From the human T2T-CHM13v2.0 reference genome, Homo sapiens, in NCBI RefSeq assembly GCF_009914755.1, contig NC_060941.1: 64,000 nt of DNA; one strand, 5' to 3'. Positions 1 through 64,000 of the stretch are shown piece by piece. Numbering within the stretch: position 1 is the stretch's first letter; each line of letters opens with the position of its first letter. The position numbers and the translations under genes are program-made. Below the pieces are notes generated by a model that saw nothing but the letters and a program-made list of their open reading frames with translations, ran no database searches and had not been told where the DNA came from.

Positions 1-229
<229 letters not shown>

Positions 230-1404
230 TCAGCTTGCCAATGCCTATTGACTCCATGAAACCTCCCCAGCCCCTCTGGAGCACAGGGAGCACCTGGGTG
301 CCATGGACTTCCTGCCCAGGAGAGGCCACCCGCCAGTTCCCCAGCCCCCTGCCAGCACTGCTTTGCCCCAGTGCGAGAGGAACAGAGATAGGATCTTCCC
401 ATGGGAGTCACAGCAAATAGGGGAGGGGACAATGTGGACCAATGATAGCACAGCTGGAGCTGTGACAGAGCCACAGCCACAAAGCCAACGGCGCTGGAAA
501 GGAATGTCCTCAAGTGACATGAACTGCAGCCAAACCTGGCAAACCCTGTGAGAACAAATAGATAAAAGGCCACAGGGAGAGGGTCCTCCACCCAATACAT
601 ACCTGCTTGGCACCTGCTCCATGTGGGCCAAGGTGCTAGGCAACATGATACTGCCCTCATGCAGCTTACCTCCTGCAGGGGGTCGGCGGGGGACACAGGA
701 AAACTGCTTCCTGCGAGAGGCCCACGCAGGGAATGACCAGAGGAGGCAGGAGCCTGGAAGGACTGGCTTACGGGGCCAAGCAAGAGTTGAAGGGCAGGGT
801 GGGTGCTGTACTGTCTGAGGGGTGTGTAAGGTCCGGTGTCCAAAGAGCAGCAGCAGACAGGGTGGAGGCTGTAGGAAGCAGATCTTATAGCTCCTCCAGG
901 CCACCGAAAGACCCTGGATGTGTTATCAGAGACTAGGGAGGCTTTGGGGGTTCTGATGAGACATGAGAAAATGTGAATTTCACTTGAATAGGTTCACTCA
1001 TGCCCATGTGCAGAAAAGATGGCAGGGGGCCAGGGTGGAGGTGGGGAACAAGCTGAGGCACCCTGGTGACTGATCTGAGCAGGAAGGGACAGTGGCCCAG
1101 GCCAGGCAGGGTGAAGACGCACAGTGCGGGTGGGGTGCAGAGTGCGGAGCAGTGAGCAGGGGAGAAGGCCCAGTGAGTGCCTGCTGAGCCTTCACGGGGA
1201 CGGGACACAGCAGCAGAGCCAAGCGCTGCGGTCGGGGCTGACGCATGGGACCTCCGTGGAGTGCAGCCCTTGTAGACTCAGAGGTGGAGAAGGGAGGACA
1301 GCTAGCCAACATGACCAAGCACAGGCAGTGAGGCCAGAGGGGAGCTCCAGGGTCACCCCAGTGACCAGGTAAACTGCTTTAGCAAGGTGGGACTGGAATG
1401 TCAC

Positions 1405-1740
1405 ATGGCCTTAAAAAGGAAGGAAACCCTGCCACAAGCTACGGCACGGCTGAAACTGAAGGACATTACACGAAATGATCTACACTGGTCACAAACGGAT
1501 AAACACTGTAGGATTCCACTTAAATAGGAGGTACCTAGAGTCCTCAAAGCCAGAGACAGAGAGCAGAATGGCAGCTGCCGGGGACTGGGAGGGAAGAGCG
1601 GGGCTCAGTTCTGGAGACGGAAGGTGGCGATGGCCGCACAGCACTGTGAACATACTTCATGCCACGGCACTGCACGCCGAACAGTGGTTCAAATGGCGCA
1701 TTTTAGGTCATGTATTATTTCACCACAATCTTTTTAAAAG
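1405..1740 (+). mobile_element. Old L1 (L1M/L1MB-type) 3' UTR fragment
   Basis: ccttaaaaaggaaggaaa...ggattccacttaaataggaggtacctagag...tgtattatttcaccacaat resembles L1MB 3' ends. Confidence 0.65.
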
Positions 1741-2204
1741 GGGGAGTGGTAACCTGCAGAACAATGATGAAGTCAAAGGTGACCTTAACACAGTTTCCGG
1801 TGGAGAAAAAGCTCACAGGAGTGGGTAGAGAGAGCCCTTTGGAGAGTTTCCATGGCAGAGCCAGCAATGGGACACCTGGTGGGGACATGGAGTCAAGGAA
1901 AGCCCCAAGCTTGGCCACAGTACAGCTGCGATGCCGGCGGAACCATGTGAAGGCCAGGGGCAGCTGCAGGCACAAAGTCTGAGGGACACCAAGCACTCAT
2001 TGCAGAGGGATGGCCGCGGCAGCATGAGGCAGTATGCCTTCCTAACGAATGCAGGAAAGCCAGAGAAGGCTTTAAAATGGGGGTGTGTCATGGGGTTCTC
2101 ACTGGCAGAGAAGTTCTGGAAACGAGACCGCAAAAGCAAAGGTGCACAGTGGGGACAGCCACAGCCAACAGCCTGACATGTGACACAGCCTGACACATGC
2201 AGCC

Positions 2205-3410
<1,206 letters not shown>

Positions 3411-3412
3411 TT

Positions 3413-4589
3413 CTGGGTGTGGCTGGCAGGGAATGGAGGGCTGGTGCTCAGTAGGTGCACTCCGAGAGGGAGGCAGACAGGCAGCGGGAGAGGAAACAGA
3501 GTTTCAATAAAGGGCCCAAGTCAGACTTGCTTGGGACGATGAAGAATCATGTAAGTTTCTGAATGTTTGACTGAGTAGTGGACACTGGCCAGGACCCAAA
3601 GCCTCTTCTCTTCTGGGGAGCCCCCACCCCTGTTACGGATCCAAAAGTCAGACGTTCTGTCTTCGCTCCTGACAGGCAGGCTGTGAACACAAACAAGGCA
3701 TGGCCTGCCAAAGCCGCTAACTCTAGGAAGAAGCAAAGCACGATGTGCATGGTGGTGGGGGGTGCTGCAGCCAGCCTCTCTGCCGGCGGCCCATGCCTGG
3801 AACTGCTTCTTCAGCATGCCTGCGAATGCACCACCCACCTGACGTTTCTGCAGTTGGCTGCTTAGCTGCACGAGCTGCTCCGGCACCTGTCCTCCTGCTG
3901 AGATACGGCTGAGCACGAGTGGTCACACTGGGAATGGCAGAGGCAGACAGAAAACAGACATTTGAAGAGAACCTTAGCTGGGCTGGCAGTGAGGCAGGTG
4001 TGGGAGTCAGAGAGGGAGACCCTGGGTGTGGCTGGCAGGGAATGGAGGGCTAGTGCTCTGTAGGTGCACTCCGAGAGGGAGGCAGACAGGCAGCGGGAGA
4101 GGAAACATACGCATTTAACAGATGGCAGAACTTCTAGCTGGAAGGCCCTGAGGACTCAGCAAAGATGCAGGCTGCAGGACAGGAGAGGGCAGGGCTGGGG
4201 ACAAAGGTCAGGAATGCTCCACACACCGTCACCTGGCTCACTCCTCACCACTCGGCCTCCACTTGCTCCCCTGCTCAGAGTACCCCTTGCCAGCCCACCA
4301 GAAGAGCTCCCCTCCACCCCGACACCCTCCCCTGCCCTGCTTTGAGTCGTAGCGCTCCTCATCGCAGAACTGCGCCTCCAAAGTGCCTTCCTGACACACA
4401 GGAAGCGCCACATTCACGTGTTAGATAAATGAGAGGACTGAGAAGTCGCCCTTGGAAAGATGACAGCTGTTGCCAAGAAAGGGGCGGAATCTAGGGGCGG
4501 CAGAGGTTCAGGAGCCACAGCTGTGGGGAAGGCCGGAGCCAGAGTCTAGTGGCACAGGAACCAAACAGACAGTTTCAATAAAGGGCCCA
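3413..4589 (+). repeat. Dispersed direct repeat: 3413-3498 matches 4022-4107 (2 mismatches in 86 bp); 3500-3518 matches 4571-4589 exactly
   Basis: Direct sequence comparison. Confidence 0.95.
3839..3927 (-). other. FLCN: FLCN non-coding exon 3 (89 nt)
   Basis: Acceptor ttcccAG|TGTGACC and donor GTCAG|GTgggt; sequence matches the FLCN 5' UTR as I recall it. Confidence 0.9.
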
Positions 4590-4832
4590 CAGGGTTCACT
4601 ATGATGAGTGGCTTAAAAATCTACTGCTCAACAGGAGATGGGGCGACCACTGATGGAGTAAGGGGTAGCAGGACCCAAAGGAAAGGTAAAGGCATTAAAC
4701 TGCGAAAAGGAAGGCCACGCCTTTCTCTGAGAGGCATCAGGGGAAGAGAAATAAGGTTCCTTCTAGCAAGACATGCACAGGACAGCAAGCCTGGGCCAAG
4801 TCTCAGCCCACCTGCAGAGCACCCACACTAAC

Positions 4833-4946
4833 CTGACACTCAGCAGAATCACGCTTCCACCGTCCACACCAGACCACCACACACGAGGCTGCTGCCAAAT
4901 GGGTCAGGCATGGTGGTGGCAGACACCCTTGAAGACCTGGCGTTTT
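4833..4946 (-). other. FLCN: FLCN non-coding exon 2 (114 nt), contains a uORF
   Basis: Long polypyrimidine tract then cctAG|AAAACG; donor GTCAG|GTtagt; matches recalled FLCN 5' UTR. Confidence 0.9.
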
Positions 4947-5184
4947 CTAGGTAAGAGAAAAAAAAAATTAGAGCTATTTCTAAGATTAGAGGCCTTCGTA
5001 GCATGAAAAATAATGGGAGCAGCTTACAGCCAGTCTCAAATAAGAACGTGTCTGATGAGGATGTAGACACTCCCCAGGGTTCTGAATGGCTTAGCAGGCC
5101 TCTGACCTTCTCAGCAGGAGCTGACATTTTAGCTGAACTCTTGCACCTCTGAGGCACTCTAAACCAGTATTTGATCAAGGATCT

Positions 5185-7529
<2,345 letters not shown>

Positions 7530-8839
7530 TCAGACGAGAGCTCTGACTCTGACTCCATGGATCATGTGCACCAGAGGCCCAGGCAGCCCCTGAAAGAGAG
7601 GGAGGTGCCCTACAGAGCACTTAGCTTTGCGGTCACCGGAGCCTGCCCTCACCAGCCAGGTGACACCAAGTGTTACTAGACCTCTCTGAATACCACCCAA
7701 AAGCTGAGAAACAGAGGCCTCTCAGAATTCGCATTACACATGGAATCAGAATTCTGGGCAGCGTGAGGTCATTCTTCACTCACTGTTCAATTCCAATCTC
7801 TACCAGGTGTTTGCTGAAGAAAACAAACTGGTTTGAGTGTGTCTCACGAGTCTGTTTCCAACAAGCTTTCCAGAACCCACATAGGAAGCCGAAATGCCCT
7901 GGCTGACAGTCTCTTCATCAACATATCCAAAGACAGTATTCAAATTCCCTGATGTGGTAGAGTGTCTGTTCATGTCCCCCTCCCACAATGGCTGAGTCCC
8001 AGACCTGGACAGTGACCTCACCACCACCCGTGGTGCGCCCTGGCCCTATTTCAACCCTACTTCCTATGGTGTTCTCATAGCACCGTGGAGAATTAAAGAG
8101 GCCACTAAGTAAGGGCACTCTAAATAAACAAAGCACTATAACGGATCTTAACCAGCAGTGGACACACAGCTTCTATAACTAGTCTCCCACTGGGGAGCCT
8201 CATTAAGTTAGCAGCTGGGATCCCAACAAGCCCAGGGTGAAAAGTTCTGCAGGGGATGACTGCCAGTTCAGATCCACTCTCACTGTGGCTCTATTTCCAC
8301 CGTTTCCCTGGATTTCCATTCACAGAGCTCCCTGACATAGGACACTAGAAGGGCAAACGCAGTGTCACCTGCCACTATTACTCAATTACTTGATGACCAC
8401 GGTGATAATCTGGCACTAAACTGGCTGTGGCCAAAGGCTAGAGAGCCAGAACCTACTTCCAGCAAGCTCCTCCTTGCCCTGTGTCCCCACTTGAAGAGAC
8501 TGCTAGTGACCACACCTTGGACTTCAATCCACAAGCCAATCCATTCTTTCCAGGAGACAAGGACGCGACTGACAGTACTCTCAACTGGAGAGAAGCGCGG
8601 TCTTCCACCCTCCCTGGAGGACACGGTGCTACCCTATTAGCGCATCAGAGGACCCTCCTGAACGCCAAACTGGGAGAAGAGGATGACACACACCCTCTCC
8701 TCCAAACAGAGCGAAGACAAAACCTGGGAGAAGGGAAGGCAAACAGTCCCGTTTCATGGCAACATCAAATGAGATCACAGTCCTCATCCCCATAGACTTG
8801 GTTAATGGGCGTGCCCCCAACCTATCTTCAAATCTCAGG

Positions 8840-9810
8840 GTCTCGGCGACGCCCTGGACTCTGGCCCTAAACCCTCCCCCATTACTCGTCCACCTGGGAC
8901 CAACGAAAACTCGGACATGCCCCTCCGCCAACCCCTCAGACCCCCGCCTACCTGCTCCCCAAATCGAGGCCCGCGGGACACCTGGACTCGGCAGCCGGGG
9001 TCCCGCTCTGGGTCCCAGCCCCACCCCTGACTGCGCTGGGTAGGTGGTCGCTGCGGGACCCGGACCGGCGGAATCACACCCAGAGCCCCCAAGCCCACGG
9101 CAGGGATGTCACCCGGGGTGGCGAGGCTCTCAAGCCCGGGTTCAGGCTCTCAGGGGAGCTGGCAGAACCAGGAGCGACCACACTCACTCGCGGTCCCGCA
9201 GCCCCGCCGAGACCCAGGCGCGTGACTCCCTGAGCCGTACCACCACCCAACACTGCGGTGGGGGTGCGGGAGCCGTCCGAGCGCGTCCTGCACCGCGAGG
9301 AGAGCCGGGCCTCCCTAGCTCTCGCAAGCCCAGGAACACAGTCCGAGTCCTACAACTCCGAGGTCTGACTGGGAAGCAGGGGCCGCTGCCCGACAATTAC
9401 CCTTTTCCGCCGCCCCTATTCCGGTGCCCCCCTCTGGGAAGTTCCGAATGGTTCAGACCGCACCAGCTGGGGATGCTGGGGGAAACCATTTCATTAAGCG
9501 CGGGAGTATGCTGAAACTTAAAAATCATTTTAAAAAGAGATTTGAGGGTAAATATAGCCAACCTAAGGCTTCCTGTCCACATAAAAGAGAAAAATAAAGA
9601 AAAAACGTTATAAGAGGTTGGCAGGCTTTTTTTTTTTTGCTTCACCAATGGTTTTTATTAAATTGCTGATGGAACCCGTCCTCTCCCTACATTGAGAGTA
9701 TGGAAGGTGCGGGAGACGGCCGTCACGTGACGCGGAGAAGGCGCGGCGCCCGTGGGAGGTTGGTTGCAGAACTCGGAACCGCTGTGCGCGCGCATGTGTG
9801 GGATTCGGTC
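8840..9810. promoter_or_regulatory. CpG island / FLCN promoter with CLEAR palindrome (9721-9732), ETS-like CCGGAA (~9419-9424, minus) and NRF1-like GCGCGCATG (~9788-9796)
   Basis: High GC and CpG density around exon 1; motifs read directly from sequence. Confidence 0.85.
8952..9230 (-). other. FLCN: FLCN non-coding exon 1 (TSS approximate)
   Basis: Donor GAGCAG|GTaggc at 8951, inside the CpG island; 5' end inferred, not visible in sequence. Confidence 0.8.
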
Positions 9811-9862
9811 TTCCTCCCTCAGTGGGTCTTTTTTAAAAATGTGAAAATCAGTTTTTGAATAA

Positions 9863-11097
<1,235 letters not shown>

Positions 11098-11740
11098 TCT
11101 TGAAACTAATGTTTGTTAATGAGATTTTTAAGTCAAGAACAAGGTTTTTTTCACCTTGTAACTTTAATTCCAGGAATTACCTTTTTCAGTTTGTTAGTGG
11201 AGTTCACCACCTTGCTCAGATTATCCTTATTTCCATGGTGATAGGCTAATGGCGGAAGGTTATTCAACTAGTGTATTTTCAGTAAAAGTCAATGTGCATT
11301 TACCACACCTGGGCTCAATTTAGGCCATTAACATCTTTCCCAACACCACTGGCTTCAGCCACCTACCTCTTTTGGAGGTACTTTCTTAAATAAACCTATA
11401 AATCTTTAAAAAAAAAATTAACAACTGCCAAATCTTTGCCTCAGTGAATTGTACCAAAGGTTATTTAAATTGGGCTCTCATGGGGTATAAAAACTTTCAA
11501 GGTCATGCAACAAAAGGGACATCTTAGAAGTCGGAAAATGTGCCCATTCTCATGGGAAAGATAATTGAAACTCAGCAGTAATGTTCAGAAAGCACAGATA
11601 CCAATAATGTTCAACAATTCACAACCAAATGAAATGCAATGCTAATCTCAAAGCTTCTATCCCATAATGGAAATTGTATGAAATGATTCCAGAAGCTCTG
11701 GATATGTTACTGCCTGGCATGCATACAATCCAGAATGTGT

Positions 11741-11820
11741 TTTTTCCACCACTGAAACAGGCTCAATCAGAATTAAGATTTTTTTCCACCACTGAAATAG
11801 GCTCAATCAGAATTAAGGTT
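11741..11820 (+). repeat. 40-bp tandem duplication (2 copies, 2 mismatches)
   Basis: tttttccaccactgaaa(c/t)aggctcaatcagaattaag(a/g)tt twice. Confidence 0.95.
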
Positions 11821-12313
11821 TTTTGATGCTTTTCTGCCTTCTTACTACTGCTAAACCAAGAGGCTTCATTATAGCTGAGTATCCAAACTGATCAATCACT
11901 TCCAAGGCATCAGTTGCCAGGACCATAGAGCCAAGTGGCAGGGAAAAGTCACATCTTATTCAGAAATTTGTTTTAGAGTTTTTTATATGTACCCTTAGCC
12001 ACAGGGGCTCTGATGTAGCTGTAGGATACAGCTGGGCTTTATCTTTCAGTCAAACCACATGTCAATGACTCTTAGTTTCCAGTTTCAGGAAGAAGGGGTG
12101 TATTTCATTTGTAAGCATTTCAATTTAATATTTTTAATCACATCTCATATTTTCAAGTTACTATAATTGATTCCCTGTTATAAAAATAATGATCTAAGTT
12201 TTTGTTTCTTCCAGCAACTGAGAAAACATTCCGTTTTTAGATGTTTTGAACAGTTTAGGAGTCTGGCCAGCTGCTGAAAGGCAGCAAGCAATGAGTAACA
12301 TTTCAGAAGGTGA

Positions 12314-12928
<615 letters not shown>

Positions 12929-13491
12929 AGCCCATGCACAGTTTCTAAGTTCAGGTTTTAGGTAATTAGACAATCAACTCTGCACATAAGGCATCCAGTC
13001 AGTTGCGAGGTATGAGTTATTAGTGGTTCAATAAAGGCCATTAGGATTAATTTAATATTTCTTACCATAGCAATTTCTGTAAGCTTTTAAAAATTAACCT
13101 CTCTCCACTAATTAGAATTCATCTGCTATGCCTTTTGTGTTTTAATCTACTACTAGGTGCCTATTAAATACCATGTGTTGACATTTTCGTCTAACAATCA
13201 ACTATAGAGCCAGCCTATGGATTCAGACTTATTAAATGCTTTTTGCAATTAAAGTTCTCTGATTTCAGCCTTTGATGTTAGGAAAGGATACAGATAGGAT
13301 TTTCTTTGTTCACTATCATTAAGTAATTCAGTTACTTAAAAAGATAGCCATCACATTTTCTTATTCACAGATACCTGATTTACCTAGTCATTTATTTTCT
13401 CTGGCCCCTTTGCAACTGCTCAGACTTAGGTCCAAATAACATAACCTTCCACAAAGTGGGTACCAATTCAGGTTGGAACCCAGAAACTTAG

Positions 13492-13832
<341 letters not shown>

Positions 13833-14041
13833 GATCTGACGGTTTTTAAAATGGGAGTTTCCCTGCACAAGCTCTCTCTCTCTTTGCCTGCTGCCATTCG
13901 TGTAAGACGTGACTTGCCTCCCACCATGACTGTGAGGCCTCCCCAGCCACCTGGAACTGTAAGTCCATTAGGCCTCTTTCTTTTGTAAATTGTCCAGTCT
14001 CAGGTGTGTCTTTATCAGCAGTGCAAAAATGGACTAATACA
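13833..14041 (+). mobile_element. 3' half of a THE1 (THE1A-like, MaLR) LTR
   Basis: gatctga..tttaaaatgggagtttccctgcacaagctctct...tgtgaggcctccccagccac...tttatcagcag...ggactaataca; this is the characteristic THE1 3' terminus. Confidence 0.9.
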
Positions 14042-15957
<1,916 letters not shown>

Positions 15958-15959
15958 TC

Positions 15960-18650
<2,691 letters not shown>

Positions 18651-18659
18651 TTCTTTTCT

Positions 18660-18879
18660 TTTATTTTCTGAAGACAATGATTACAACTTTTAGATTTTTT
18701 TGTAGATACAAATTTGTCAATAAATAAAAACCTTTCAGATCCAAATCTTCCAAAAATTCCTAAAATCCAGCTATTTCTGTTCACAATGAATGTGCTTATT
18801 AAAAACTTCAGAGGAGAAAAAAGTGATACAGAAGACACATTAATGTTCAAGCAACTTAAAACAAAAAGGTAGATTTAAT
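18660..18879 (-). terminator. COPS3: Candidate COPS3 polyadenylation signals: ATTAAA (18874-18879) and distal AATAAA (18660-18665)
   Basis: Hexamers ~240 and ~455 nt past the stop; a U-rich tract follows the proximal one. Confidence 0.6.
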
Positions 18880-19118
18880 GCAGTAACAATAATCTGAGGA
18901 TAAATAAATCCACGACAGACTTTAAAGTTTGCAAATCTGTTTCCTTTCTTTGCAGAGAAAATGGTTTTCTGAAAGCACACAGGACTGAAGATGTCAAAAC
19001 AAAACTTAATTTCTTAGTCTCCAGGTGACACAGGCTTGGTCCTCTCTGCTGCCCTCCGAACACTTGTCACTGGCCAAGATGGTAGTTTCTCTTGTTTAGC
19101 TCAGGATGGATGTTAGTT

Positions 19119-53470
<34,352 letters not shown>

Positions 53471-54080
53471 GTGTTCCATAGTCCCCTGCATCTTTATTCA
53501 CTGCACTTGTGAAATCCCTCCGCAGGTTAAATGGGGATAGTGGGCAAAAGAAGGAAGGAAACTCATAATTAAGCAAGTATTTTCTGGTTCTGGATTTTGC
53601 TAGAGAGGCCCTGCGGTTTTCCACCTGGACAGATACTTCAATGAAGCACAACTTCGTTGCCACGTCTCCCGTGAGGTTTTCCCCGTGATATTAGACTCTG
53701 GAGCCAAGCAGCCTGGGTTCAACTGCCTTTTCTACCACTTAGTAGCTGTGTGACGTTGAGCGGGTCACTTGACTGTCGTGTGCATTGTTTTCCCCATCTG
53801 TAAAATCTTAGTGTCCTTAACCACGTAAAACACTTAGGACAGTGCATAGGACGTAGGGAGAACTATAGTTATTCATTCAAGGTGTACGTTGAATGAATCG
53901 ATCCCTTCCCTGCAAAAAATAAATAAATAAGTAACACCACACACAAAAAGAAAGTGAATTGATTTTTCCCATCTGGGATTGATGTCTCCCTCCTCCGCTT
54001 GTCGCCTAAAGCACTTTGTTCTTCTCATGTTGCATTTCTACTCTGTTACAGAAATGTGTCTCTATAGTCCATGTGATATC

Positions 54081-54677
54081 TGTAAACCAAAAATAAAAGT
54101 CTAAGCCCCCCAACTGACTGGTGGACCCTATCTGAAGCCAAGGACATTCCAATTTATCCTGAAAAACTAGTTCAGGCCATGATGGGAAGTGGTAGTCAGA
54201 CATGCCTCACAAACATCAACACAGAGACCTTAAGACTGGTAGACTCAAGACTGATAAGAAATATTTACAATCTATTCTGTCTGAATAGCAGGCTACCTGG
54301 AAGCCTCATCTGCATGATAAAACCTTGGTCTCCACAACCCCTTATAATCATAACCCAGATATTTCTTTCTATTTACTTCCAGGTCTTTAGATAATAACTC
54401 TTTCAACCAATTACCAATCAAAAAATCTTTAAGTCTACCTATAAGGTAGAAGCCCCCCACTGCCCCGAGTTAGCCCGTCTTTCCGATCCTAACCAACGTA
54501 CATCTTACATGTATTGATCGATGACTCATGTCTCCCTAAAATGTATAAAACCAAACTGTACCCGCACCTTGGGCACATGTCCTGAGGAGCTCCTGAGGCC
54601 GTGTTATCATCGCATCCTTCACCTTGGCAATATAAACTTTCTCGATTGAGACTGGTCTCAGATACTTTTGGTTTACG
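54081..54677 (+). mobile_element. Solo ERV1 LTR of the MER4 group (MER4D/E-like), ~597 bp
   Basis: Starts tgtaaaccaaaaataaaa(g)tctaagccccccaactgactg and ends gatacttttggtttacg (terminal inverted repeat tgtaaaccaaaa/ttttggtttac.); near-TSD tatc/gatc. Confidence 0.85.
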
Positions 54678-54889
54678 GATCCATTGCTTCTAACTGGCAT
54701 GGAGTTCCTTAAGGTCAAGCATTTCTCTTACTAACCTTGGTTCCCCTTTAGGGCCCAGCATAGGATTTGCTGCATAGTAGGGACTGAGAAAATAAACATG
54801 CATTTTAAAATTTTATCCAACATATGTTTACTGACACTTACAATGTGTTGTACCAGGCACTAGAAATACAGTGGTAGTAAAAACAGTCT

Positions 54890-59580
<4,691 letters not shown>

Positions 59581-59629
59581 AGAGCAGTTTGTAGGCCTTG
59601 TCTCCACAATAATCCTTCCAGGCAGGTGC

Positions 59630-61385
<1,756 letters not shown>

Positions 61386-61504
61386 GTTTATCTCCCATCC
61401 TTCAGAAACTGATGCTCAGAAAGATTAAGGGATTTGGCCAAAGATACACAGCCAGGTACTGGCAGCACTAGGATTAAAACTTATATCTGTCTGACTTCAG
61501 GCCC

Positions 61505-64000
<2,496 letters not shown>

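Overview
Human (or very close primate) genomic DNA from 17p11.2, the Smith-Magenis/Potocki-Lupski interval. It is very Alu-dense. The window holds three main things. (1) The 5' end of FLCN on the minus strand: non-coding exons 1-3 and the first 61 codons in exon 4, which runs off the left edge. (2) A 5'-truncated processed gamma-actin (ACTG1) pseudogene on the plus strand, fused directly to the 3' half of a THE1 LTR. (3) The complete 12-exon COPS3 gene on the minus strand; I rebuilt a 423-aa CDS with every junction GT-AG. Upstream of COPS3 lie a CpG-island promoter, a MER4-type solo LTR and ~10 kb of repeat-rich intergenic DNA. Almost all entries in the supplied ORF track are Alu or GC-rich artefacts. 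I see no convincing new protein-coding system. The leads most worth following are: the LTR-actin chimera at an apparent Alu-mediated deletion junction; a single uORF in favourable Kozak context in FLCN exon 2; a perfect CLEAR palindrome upstream of FLCN; a recent 86-bp composite duplication flanking FLCN exon 3; a young GATA-bearing minisatellite inside a MER20; and eight consecutive phase-0 introns in COPS3. Repeat family names come from recalled consensus sequences and need RepeatMasker confirmation.
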